This document shows positions 1 to 12,121 of a stretch of DNA of 64,000 bases, piece by piece (positions within the stretch are counted from its first letter, which is position 1; the number at the start of each line of letters is the position of its first letter). Below the pieces are notes generated by a model that did not search any database, was not told where the DNA came from, and was given only the letters and a program-made list of their open reading frames with translations. The DNA comes from Thalia democratica. Lineage: Eukaryota. The stretch is from assembly GCA_965202585.1 (NCBI GenBank), contig OZ241832.1, positions 62,806,001-62,870,000 of the forward strand. The letters are read 5' to 3'. The position numbers and the translations under genes were made by a program.

Positions 1-1215
1 AGTATAGAATCGATTTTTTTTACATACGAAGTCAAATAAAAATTTACTAAAAATAAATATCAACAGATTATTTTATTCAAGAGATCAACAACTTTTATTA
101 AGCAAAGAAATATAAAAGTATTGGAAAGATTGGTTGAAATTTTTGAAGGGTCTTGATTATTCTGATCTTAAGGGACAGCATTTTTATAGTATTATAAATT
201 GTCCTTGGTATCATAAGAAATGACAAGTGAAAGTAAAACTTTCTAAAACTTTGATAAACTACTATAATGTTCAAACAAGCTTACTTGAGGACACTAATTT
301 TTAAAATTTATAAAGTTTTTACTCGTATTGTAAAAATATTTATTTAGTAATATTAGTCATATATAAAGTTTACTCATTAACTCTAATTTATTTTGGACGT
401 TTAAGAAGCTTTACACTATGAAGTTTTTATTTGTATACTTCTCAAAGTTAAATTTATTTTTTGTAAAGTTAACTAAAACAAATGCTTACTAAGTTTTGTT
501 AATTCTATTTTCAACTAAACTAGTTTCACACACTTTTACAATAAAATAAAAAGTAATGTAATTTTTACTTATAAAACTAAGTTATCTTATAAAAACAATA
601 CAATATTCATTTCTCCACATACAATATTCATCAGCATAAATATAACATATAAGGAAAAATTAAACAAGCAAGGGTTTTGAGAAAGTAATATTGGAGCAAC
701 TACATGCCAGTCTCTACATTTTTGGAAATTTTAGTTGTTATTTTTAATTGTATAATATAAAATTTCTTTTTAAACAATAAAAAAGTTTTAATTAAGCAAG
801 TAGAATACTTTCATAAGTTTTATATTTCTTTTTTCCAATCATTTTAAATTTATTGCTCAATATAAAGTGTTTTGTTCACACAAGTTACACCTGCTTATAG
901 CTACCTTCTTAAAATATTTACTTTTAGTTTCTCAAGCATTGATTATTTTATTGACTTAAGTAGTTTTTACTTTATATTTATATATTTCAATTATATTTGT
1001 TCAGTTATTTCTTTAAATAGAGAAAAATCTTCATTACATGTGTGCCTAGTTTTTACTTAATAGTTGTAAAAAGCTCTTACATTATTAAGACTTGTATTAG
1101 AAAGCAACTATTAGATGTAAAGTTATACAAAATATTAAGTATTTATTACGTCAAACACTAATAGTCAAAATAAGATATTGCCTTGCAGTGAGCCCAAAAA
1201 GTAAACACCCTAAAG

Positions 1216-1460
1216 CAGCGGTTCTTAACTTTTTTCATGCTTTAACCCATTTCGGAAAATTATTACCAAACTTACCCATTTTAAATAGTAATTACCGAAC
1301 ATATCCCCAAAATATAAAAAAATGTTTAATTTTTTAGACTGTTATAGAGGTGAAAAACTAGACTTTTAGAACTTTAAGCTTATTAAATCTGGTTGACAAT
1401 CTGCCCACAGACAACCAAACTGAACTTTCGGATATTGGGTCACCAATACCCCCTGGTTTC
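1216..1460 (+). mobile_element. hAT/Charlie-like fragment (left end only)
   Basis: Begins CAGCGGTTCTTAAC, which resembles Charlie-type termini. No clean right TIR or TSD found; the right boundary is a guess. Confidence 0.3.
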
Positions 1461-3027
1461 AGGTTTAATAAAAGTAAAATTTCTCACTAAGTTATGTTAG
1501 TTTGTCAAATATGTAGAATGCAACATATTTTGAAATTTTTATACTATTGTAACTATACTACTAAATTAAAAGTATACAATTAAACTAATCTCGCAAACAT
1601 AAGAAAGTTATTTTTTTAAATTTTCAAAACTATTAATTGTTAAAAAAATGTTGAAAAAAAGTAATAGCATTCGAGAATTACTCTATAATAAAGATTATGT
1701 CAAAATTGGTTAGCTGGTTTAAGAGAAAGAAAAACATGTAGCTACTACTTAAAACATAAATATTTAAGTTTCTTTTCAACAAAATTATACGGTTTCATAA
1801 TATTTTAAGCACTATACGTTTGAATAAATTGATAAACAATTCATAATTAAATTTTTTACATAACAAAGTTATACAATACTAACTTCGTTACAAATGTTGA
1901 TCGTGTATAAATAAAAATTTATAAATTCTTTGATTCTAAAGTATACTTAAAACTTAATTCCTAACACAAAGCTTCGATTCATATTTATATTTGATTAGTC
2001 AGTATAGTTACAAATTACGAAAATTGTAAATACTTTTATTAAGTGTTACCCACGACTTTTGAATTTAACTTACTATAACAGCTATAAAAGCTGTAAGTTA
2101 TAAGAACCAAAACTAATCTACTTTTTATAGGAGCAAATAAGTAATTTCAACTTTAAATTGAAAAAACTTTTCAACTTATAAAATTATACTAACTTTATTT
2201 GCTTGTCGTAACTATTAACCTTAGATATACAAAACTAACTATACATTAAAGCAAAGTATATATATATTAGATGACGATAAACTTGTTAAGATTTGAAAAG
2301 TTTGTTTAGTTTTACTATTATTTACGATTGTATCAAATAATACGCAAAAATATAGTGAGCAATGTTTTATTCTAAAATCGATCATAATACAACAAAAAAT
2401 AACTCTGAAATTTTTAAAATTTTAAAAATCTTGTGTACTTTATAATTAATTTTCTTTATTTATAAACTTGTTTTATATAAGGGCATTAGTGTTTTTTTAT
2501 CATATCAAAATAAAAAACTTTATTATTTTTCAGGTATTGTTACCTTATAACAAAAGTAAGCTTATTCTACAATAGTTCTACAGTTGTGGTCAAATTAAAA
2601 TAACAAATATACTTTAATTCTTTAAAACTATCTTACACTAAACACCTCTTTCTAAGTATAAAATCGAAATTTCTACATTTAAGTCATATAAAGCTTACTA
2701 AACAAAAATATTTTAGAAGGATACATAAGCGTTTATACCAATAAAATATGAAACGTAACAAATTTATTCATTTTATTTACCAAATGATATTTTTCGTCTC
2801 GATCTTAAGAAATTAGCATATTTAAAATTTTGTTTAGTATTAATAAAAACGACATACTTACTTTTTAAATAGCATAAGAAGACTAATAAAAATAAATATT
2901 TTAAGAAATTTAAATAATAATATAATTAAAGTCTTAAAATTTGTTATTTTAAATTTTTGAGTTTCAAAAGTTTACAAAATTTTTACATATCAATATAATA
3001 ATAGTCATCAAGTTAATCACAATTATA

Positions 3028-4435
3028 TTAATACAAAGGGACTTTGACAGTTGAGTAGTGACGAACGTTTTTAGTAGCTTCACATGACTCTTTTGACCAT
3101 TTATTTATATCAGAATCATAACATAGTATGACTTTTGAAATATTATAAAAATTCAATATTTTACCCCCAACTAAAGAAGATTCGCCTTCAAATGAAAAAA
3201 AACTTCGTCCTTGAAGTGTTACAAACATATTGCTAGTTTTATCAAAAACTTCACAATTAGCGTTTAAATCTGCACCACCAATGACAAACAATTTGCTTTT
3301 AACACAAACTAAACTATGATTAGCTCTCTCTTCAATCATACTTGGCATTGGTGTCCAAGTATCACCATATACATCATATGATTCTACTGTTTTTAAAACA
3401 TTTAAATCATCTCCACCACCTGAAACTACAATACTTTCTTCAAATATTGTACAAGCTGCACAAGATCTTTTTTCCTTCATTTTTGCAATTTGTTTCCATT
3501 TAAATAATTTTGCATCAAATTCAAGACTAGAATTAAAACAATCAGTTTCATTATCATCACCACCAAAAAGATAAATATTATCAACATAAGCACACGAACA
3601 AAAGTTTAGACGTTCATCAGGTATATCAGTTACTTTAATCCATGTATTAGTTACAGGTGAATATTTTTCAACTGATTTGATAGGACCTTGTTTATTAAAT
3701 CCACCAAAAACATATATTTCTCCTTTAAGGTATACTGATATTAAATAATACCGTTCTTCTAACATTGGAGGAAGATCCTTGTGTTTCTCAAAATTGTTCA
3801 CATCTAACACCTTTACTTGATTTATGGCTTTTTCTTCCTCATCATCTACACCTCCACAAATAAGAGTATTGAACATGTTTTGGTTACAGTGTCTACTTTT
3901 ATTATGAATAAACGGTAAACGGTACACATTCTGGTAATAACAATCTCTGTTTTTCAATACTTCAAGACAATCCTTATTCTTTGAAATACAAGAAGAAAAA
4001 CTTATGAGATGTTTTAAACACTGATCTGATAAAAGATTAAGACGAACTCTTAATAATAATTGTTTTGCGAATTTGCTACGTTCTTCTATCTTGTAACTCA
4101 ACCATTTATTTGATGTATTGTAAATTTCAACTTCTGAATCAATTTGTAAACTAGAACTTGCAAGTATTTTAAAGACAGTATTAAAATCTAACTCTAGAAA
4201 GCTTTCTTTTTCAACTATCATACTAAAACAACGTTCTATGTATCTAAAAACAGTTAAGTAAAGATCTGACAGGTTGAATTTTGAGGCTAGCTGATAAAAC
4301 AATACTGCATTTTGAATTTGTAGTTTTTCGTTTAGTTTTTCAACTGCTTTACTTATCGAATGTTCATTTAATGAATGTTTAGTTAATTTCATAGCTGATG
4401 TTAGTTCACAATGCTCTCGAGTCGACTCATTTCAT
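3028..4435 (-). CDS. Kelch-like paralogue 1, exon 2 (BACK + 6 Kelch blades); frameshifted relative to exon 1 at the canonical acceptor
   Basis: 454-aa ORF 3028..4392 with a BACK motif (YIERCF...FLELDF...SEVEIY...KWL...VRLNLL) and Kelch GG/W repeats. Acceptor TTTCAG| at 4437-4436 is homologous to those of copies 2 and 5. A 5-nt insertion (TCGAC, 4425-4421) puts TAA 4403-4401 in frame after splicing. Confidence 0.85.
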
Positions 4436-5329
4436 CTGAAATTTTTTAACTCAAATTAATTCAGTTATAGTATATTTAGCTGTTGATAGGTGTTACCAAG
4501 TACATTACCTACATTATATGTAATTTTTAGCTAAAATTAAATAATTACTACTTGTTTATAAAAAATAACATTAATTAGTTAATGTAGAAGTTTTAAAAAT
4601 TTTGAAGTTTTGAAAAATTTTTTGTGTTTTTTATTATCCGTTTTTTTTATGTTTAAAATATTAAAATTGTATTATATTATAATTGAATAATTTTTTCTTA
4701 TTATGTTATACAAGTTACAAATGTCAATTTAAATAATAATATTTCTGCAAATCAAAAACATACAACACACATCTTTACAAAAAGATTCATTTCTAAGATA
4801 TCAGCAAACATTATCATTATGATTTTAAATATACATTTTTAACACTAACGTAAAAAAAACTACACCACAGTACTTGCATTATACTTTAAATACTAAAAAT
4901 ATAAAAATTGTTTATATAAATAGCAAAAGCATCTTAAAATGTGTTAGTATAACTTACTTTTTATCAAATTAATTAGTGTTATATATTTGAAGCATTTAAT
5001 TATAACATGTACTTAACAGATATTACATATCTAACACAATTTCTTAAAAAAAAACTTGAATAATTATGTTTTAAAACTAAATATTTGTTGACTAAACAAC
5101 GGATACAGTTAAAACAACAATTAAAATCTAATCTGCAATACTTTATTGTACTGTAAGAGTCAGTTAAGTAAGTATAAAAAGTATGCATTACACTAATTGA
5201 AATCAATTTTCAAAGTTCATTTCTATAAAAAGGTTAAATTAGATAAACATAACTGTTTTTCTCTTCAAAGTTATTAGTTGAACAATATGTACAGAATAAA
5301 GTTGTTACTTACACATAACACTGACTTAC

Positions 5330-5498
5330 CCATCTTATTAAAGCCATCAGAAATTTGCAAAGTTTTACCTTGGAAACTAACTTCAGAATTTTCCTTGCAT
5401 AATTTTAGAAAACTATTACGTTTATCAACATTACAAGCGTTCAAATTTCCTTCACAATTCTTCACACCACTTCCGCTTAAACTGATTCTCGCAGACAT
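5330..5498 (-). CDS. Kelch-like paralogue 1, exon 1 (56 codons + 1 nt)
   Basis: MSARISLSGS...SFLKLCK...FNKM followed by G|GTAAGTC donor at 5329. Homologous to the exons at 22468, 37921 and 57795; same AAAGTC-ATG-TCT start context. Confidence 0.85.
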
Positions 5499-6732
5499 GA
5501 CTTTAAAATTTTTATTATCCAGTATATTTTTACAGCTGTACTAAAAGTAATTTAACACTTTTAACAGTTAAAACTAATAAGTCAAAGTTTGAATATTTTT
5601 GAAATAAAAACCATTTGTAACTAACTGTTTTTTTATTTTATTAATACTATTTTCTTTTTAAAATACTTTAATACTAGTATTTAAAATATATTTAACGTCT
5701 AGTTATTAATATGATAATATTTAGGGTGTACGGTTAAGGTATAACTAAACTAACACTAACAATTATATTTAAATTTATTTTAGAACTAAATGATATTAAA
5801 AGTATTATTACCAATTGAAACAACTAGGCATGAACTTTGTTGGTTTTATTTATCTTATCTAACACTAAAAATATATCAAGAACATCATACTTTATATAAT
5901 ATTTTATATGTAGTCAAAACTTTTAAACAAGAATCAAATTTAACAGGAATAAACTTTAAGAAGGGACAATTATCTACTTGGAATTCAAATCAAAACATTA
6001 ATGGAACAATAGTTAAACTTTTTTAAAAAGAATTTTTACAATAAACAATGTAATAAAAGATTAAGTCTAATTCTGGAACTTCATCTAAAAGGTCTAGACT
6101 GAAATATCTCTTGCAAACACACTGTGGCTGGTTAATATTGCTACATGTAAATAATGTAAACTTGCAGAAAGTCAACTTGCTTTATGGTTGACTGATTTTA
6201 TAATTTTTAATTTAAACTAAAAGTAAAAGCAGTGTTACCATTTTAGAAGACAATCAAACTCTTTTCTATTTCTCCCTTTTTGCCATTAGAAAATCTCTAT
6301 ACATTCTTCTACTTTATTATTGATAGTAGAATAAAGAGGAGAAGGTATTGTTGTTTTAAAATGTACAAATTTCCCTATTTCTATTCAGTTAAAGCATAAA
6401 GATACAAAAATTTAAAAAAATATATAAAAATACAAATTGTGTCCTTGTAAATTTATAGTTTCCTGAAATAAAACATTGTCACTTACTTTTTGTGACAAAA
6501 AACTTAAACTGAGTCAATACCCTCTGTGGTTTACTTTTTAATTTCTCTGTAGAACTTTTATAAATGCGCTTGATTGCTAGAACTAAATAATACTTCATTA
6601 GTATCTTATAATTATTATAAAAACTAAGCATTACTTTTGGTGGTAATAATTTATATTAAAGAACATACCAAACACCAAATATCTATTTTATTTACATACC
6701 AAATACTAAAAAGTATTTAAATAACATCATAC

Positions 6733-7125
6733 TAGGGTTGCCACTCAAATTTTTCAAAAGTTTCTCCAGGTCTTCATAAGTACACATTTTTGGATCTACT
6801 TTAAGTATTAAGTTAAGTTTGAGGTAAGAAAGTGTGTTAACAAGTATAAAATCATTAAAAAGATACTGTTAAGCTACTTTAAATATGTTTTTAACTAAAA
6901 AATAAATTGATGATGAAACATGTATTTTATTTTATGATAATTTTTTTAAATCAAATCAAAATTTTACTACTTTACATAAAAAAAGGTTAAGATCAGAGGT
7001 TTATCTAGATTAATATTTTAATTTTTGTTCAAAATTCCATTTTTTTTCAAAATTTATTATATTTTAGATTTCTTTTTTGCCTAAATTGTCAAATTTCAGG
7101 TTTTTCAGGTAAAGTGGCAACACCG
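6733..7125. mobile_element. ~390-bp MITE, TIR (T/C)AGGGTTGCCAC, copy in array unit 1
   Basis: TAGGGTTGCCAC 6733-6744 and GTGGCAACACCG 7114-7125; subterminal TTTCCAGG-type repeats. Confidence 0.7.
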
Positions 7126-8230
7126 TACTTCTTAAAATACATTTTATGTGGTAAAAAATTTTACACAAGATTTAAATTTAAGAGTAATGTACTTTAAGAA
7201 TGTATATTTTCTTACTTGTAATTGAATCAAAACATTATTTGAACAATAATTGAAATTCCTTGAATAAAAACTTTACAATAAACAATGCAATAAAAAACAA
7301 AGTCTAATTCTGAAACTACATCTGAAAGGTTTTGACTAGAATATCCACTGCAAACACAATTTGGCTGATTAATGTTGCTATATGTAAAAATTTAAACTTC
7401 AGAGATCAACTTGCTTTCTGGTTGACTGATTTTCTAATATTTTATATTCAACTTAATGGAACAGCAGTGTAACTGGTATTGACCACTGTAACAGCACAAA
7501 ATATAAAAAAGTTAAAAAAACAAACAAAAAGCTAAAATTGTATTGATACTATATAAAGAGGGAATACTTAAGAAGATAGTAATAAAAAATCAAATTAATT
7601 TAAAGAAATGATTTTAAAGTTCTGAGTTAAAGAATGTTACAGTTTTACAAATTTGTTTTTAAAATTATTTAGAATGTTTAACTTTAAAGATTTTCAAAAA
7701 CTAGGCAAAATTATGACACTAACACTAAAATGAAAACATATTTTTAAATTAAAAGATCAGATAATGTCATGTCTATGCAAACTCCTATAAAACAAATTAA
7801 AAAAAAAAAATTTCATGTTACTGGTATTTGATGTATGATTTATTGATAAATATCTTCTTTATCTATTATGCTATTAATTTTAAAGATTCTTAGTTAAAAT
7901 TTAACATAATTAATTGTGACTAAAGAATGTCATTAGATATATGTAACTTATTAAAACTTAAATTGTGTCTTTGTACCATTGTTGTTTCCTTTAATTAAAC
8001 ATTGTCACTTATCTTATGTGACTTAAAAACTTGAAATATGTCAATACCCTCTGTGGTTTACTTTTTAATTTGCCTACAGAACTTTTATCAATGTGCCTGA
8101 TGGCTAGAACTAAATAATAGTTTAATAGTACTCTAAAATTATTATAAAAACTAGGCATGACTTTTGATGGTTATGATTTATTTTAAAGAACATACCAAAT
8201 ACTAAAAATCTTAAAATAACATCATACTTA

Positions 8231-8578
8231 TAGGGTTGCAACTCGTTTTTTTTTCTAGTTATTTTAAATTTTTTCCAGCTTTTTAAAGTATACATTTTTG
8301 GGTCTATTTTTAGTAAAAATTTAAGTTTTAAGTAAGATACTGTGTTAACAAGTATAAAATCATCGAAAACATACTGTAAAGTTACTTTAAATATGTTTTT
8401 AAGTATAAAAATAGATAATGACCATTTTATGATTATATGATAAATTTTTTGAGTCATATCGAAATTTTATTACTCAACATGTGAAAATTGTTAGAACTCT
8501 AGGTTTTTTTAGAATTTTATAGTGATTTTTGTTTAAATTTCCAGGTTTTTTGAGGTTTCCAGGTAAGTGAAAACCTTG
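8231..8578. mobile_element. MITE copy in array unit 2
   Basis: TAGGGTTGCAAC ... GTGAAAACCTTG at the same site in the unit as the other copies. Confidence 0.6.
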
Positions 8579-8829
8579 AACTTCTTAAAATACATTTATG
8601 TGGTGAATACTTTTACACAAGAATGAAATATAACAAGAACATACTTTTAGAATATATTATTACCTACTTTGAATTCAAAAAAAAAATTAATTAAAACAAT
8701 AATTAACAATTTTACAATAAACAATGTAATAAATAAAAAAGTCTGATTCTGGAACTACATCTAAAAGGTCATGGCTAGAATAATCCTGCAAAGATACTTT
8801 AGCTGGTTAATACGGCTAAATGTAATATA

Positions 8830-9159
8830 TTTTAAAGTACACATTTTTGGGTCTATTTTTAATGTAAAGTCAAGTTTTAGGTATGAAACTGTGTTAAAAA
8901 GTATAAAATCATCGAAAAGATACTGTAAAGCTAATTAAAATGTGTTTTTAAGTATAAAAAAAATTATAATGATTATTCTTTTTTATTATATGATAAATTT
9001 TTCTAGTCAAATCGAAGTTTGACTACTTAACATGTAAAAATTGTCAGAATTCTTGGTTTTTCCAGTTTTTTTTAGTGATTTTTGTTTTGAATTCCAGGTT
9101 ATTTCAAAATTTCTCAAATTCCAGGTTTTTCAAGGTTTTCAGGTAAAGTGGCAACCCTG
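8830..9159. mobile_element. Left-truncated MITE copy in the shortened array unit 3
   Basis: Perfect right TIR GTGGCAACCCTG 9148-9159; left end removed by the deletion that shortens this unit to 592 bp. Confidence 0.6.
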
Positions 9160-10259
9160 TATTTCTTAAAATAAATTTTATGTGGTCGAAAGTTTTACAC
9201 AAGAATTAAATTACAAAAACATACTTTAAGAATAAATATTTACCTACTTTTAATTGAAACAAAACATTAATTAAACAATAATAAACATTCCTGAATAACA
9301 ACCTTACTATAAACCATGTAATAAATAATTACGTCTGATTCTAGAACTACACCTGAAAGGTCTTGACTAGAATATCTCCTGCTAACACATTTTGGCTGGT
9401 TAATATGGCTATATGTAAAAAACTTAAACTTATAAGAGATCAACTTGGTTTCTGATTGACTAACTTTATTATGTTTGATTTTTAAGTAAATGGAACAACA
9501 GTGTAAATGGTATGCATCAGTTTAATGGCACAAAATATAAAAAAGTTATATATGTCTTGATACTATAGAAAGAGTAAATTTTTAAGTAGATAGCAATAAG
9601 AAGATTAAATACTTTCAAGAAATGATTTTAAAGCTCTGAGTTAAAAATTAATAAAATTTTACACATTTTTATAAAATTACTCAAAATGTTTAATTTGCAA
9701 AGATTTTCAATTACTAGGCAAAATTATGACACTAACACTAAAATGAAAAATTTTTTTTTAAAATTAAAAGATCAGAAAATTGTCATGTCTACACAAACTC
9801 CTATGATACAAATTCCTAAAAAAATTATCATACTACTGGTATTTGATGTGTTATTTATTAATAAATATTGTCTTTTTTCTATTATGCTATTAAGAAGTCT
9901 TATAATATTTAGAGACTTAGTTGAAATTAAATATTATTAACTGTGACTTAAACAATTTCATTTAATATGTGTGACTTATTAGAATTTAAATTGTGTCTTT
10001 CTACTTTTGTTGTTTCCTTTAATTAAAACATTGTCACTTACCTTCTGTGACTTAAAAACTTAAAATGTGTCAATACCCTCTGCGGTTTACTTTTTGATTT
10101 CCCTATAGAATTTTTATCAATGTGGCTTATGCTAGATTTAAATAATATTTCAATAGTGTTCTATAATTATTATAAAAACTAGGCATGACTTTTGGTGGTC
10201 ATGATTTATATCAAAGAACATACCAATTACAAAAAAGTATATAGATAACATCATACTTT

Positions 10260-10646
10260 TAGAGTTGCTACTCGTTTTTATAAAATTTTTTCAAGTTTTT
10301 AAAATTTTTTTCTAGCTTTTTAAAGTACACATTTTTGAATCTATTTTAGTATAAAGTTATGTTTAAGGTAAGAAATTCTGTTAAAAAGTATAAAATCATT
10401 GAAAAGATACTGTTAAGCGACTTTAAATATTTTTTTAAGTAAAAAAAGAATTGATGATAAAATTTTTTTATATAATCTGTTATATTTTTTAAGTCAAATC
10501 GAAATTTTACTACTTGACATGTTAAAATTGTTATAATTGCAAGTTTTTCCAAAATTTTTAAGTGATTTTTGTAATAAATTCCAGGTTTTTAAAAATTTTC
10601 TCAAATTTCAGTTTTTTCAAGGTTTCAAGGTTTAGTGGCAACACTG
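10260..10646. mobile_element. MITE copy in array unit 4
   Basis: TAGAGTTGCTAC ... GTGGCAACACTG followed by TACTTC. Confidence 0.65.
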
Positions 10647-11734
10647 TACTTCTTAAGATAAATTTTATGTGGTCAAAACTTTTACACAAGAATTAAATTT
10701 AACAGGAATGTACTTTAAGAATGTATATTTACCTACTTGTAATTGAACCACAACACTATTTGAACAATAATTGACATTCCTCAAATAAGAACTCTACAAT
10801 AAAAAATGTAATAAATAACTATGTCTAATTCTCGAACTACATCTGAAAGGTCTTAGCTAGAATATCTCCTGCAAACACACTTTGACCGGTTAAATGGCTA
10901 CATGTAAAAAATGTAAACTTGAAACAATAAAATTGCTTTTTGGTTGACTGATTTTTAATATTTGATGTTCAACTGAATGGAACAGCAGTGTAACAGCAAA
11001 AAATATAAAAGAGTTTAAAAAAACGTACAAAAAGTTAAAAATGTCTTAATACTGTATAAAGAGGAAATATTTAATTAGATTGCAATAAGAAAATAAAATA
11101 TTTTCAAGAAATGATTTAAAAGCTTTGAGTTAAAAACTGTTAAAATTTTACAAATTTCTCTGTAAAGTTATTCAGAATGTTTAATTTGCAAAGATTTTCA
11201 ATAACTAGGCAAAATTATGACACTAACACTAAGATGAAAATTTATTTACAAATAAAAAGATCAGACAATTGTCATGTCTATGCAAACTCCTATGATACGA
11301 ATTCTTAAAAAAAAATTATCATGCTGCTTGTATTTGATTTGTTATTTTTAAAAATATAATCTTTTTCTATAATAGTAATAAATGTTAGAAGACTTACTCG
11401 AAATTTAACATAAATAACTGTGACTAAATACTCGTCACCAGCTTTATGTGACTTATTAGAACTTGAATTGTGTCTTTGTACCTTTATGGTTTCCTTTAAT
11501 TAAAATATTGTCACTTACTTTCTATGACTAAAAACTTAAAATGTGTCAATTCTATCTGTTATTTACTTATTAATTTCCCTGTGAAATTTTCTAAATGTGC
11601 TGATGGCTAGAACTAAATAATACTTCAATAGTAATCTATAATTAATATGAAAACTACCCATTACTTTTGGTGGTTATAATTTATATTAAAGAACATACTA
11701 AATACTAAAAAGTATATAAATAACATCATACTTC

Positions 11735-12121
11735 TAGGGTTGCCACTCATTTTTCAAAAATTTATCTAGTTTTTCCAAATTTTCTCAGGTTAAATCTAGT
11801 TAAAGTACACATTTTTGGGTCTATTTTTAGTATAGAGTTAAGTTTTAGGCAAGAAAAGGTGTTAACAAGTATAAAATCATTGAAAAAATACTTTAAACCT
11901 ACTTTAAGTATGTTTTTATATATAATCAAAAAATATCATGACCATTTATTTTTATTACATGATAGACTTTTGGAGTCAAATCGAAATTTTACTACTTAAC
12001 ATATGAAAATTTTTTTAGTGATTTTGATCAAAATTCCTTGTTTTTTTCAAAATTTCTCACATTCCAGTTTTTTCTGCCTAAATTTTTAGATTCCAGGTTT
12101 CCAGGTAAAGAGGCAACCCTG
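11735..12121. mobile_element. MITE copy in array unit 5
   Basis: CATACTTC-TAGGGTTGCCAC ... GAGGCAACCCTG-TACTTT. MITE-free units (e.g. near 22050-22070) show a single TACTT site. Confidence 0.7.
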
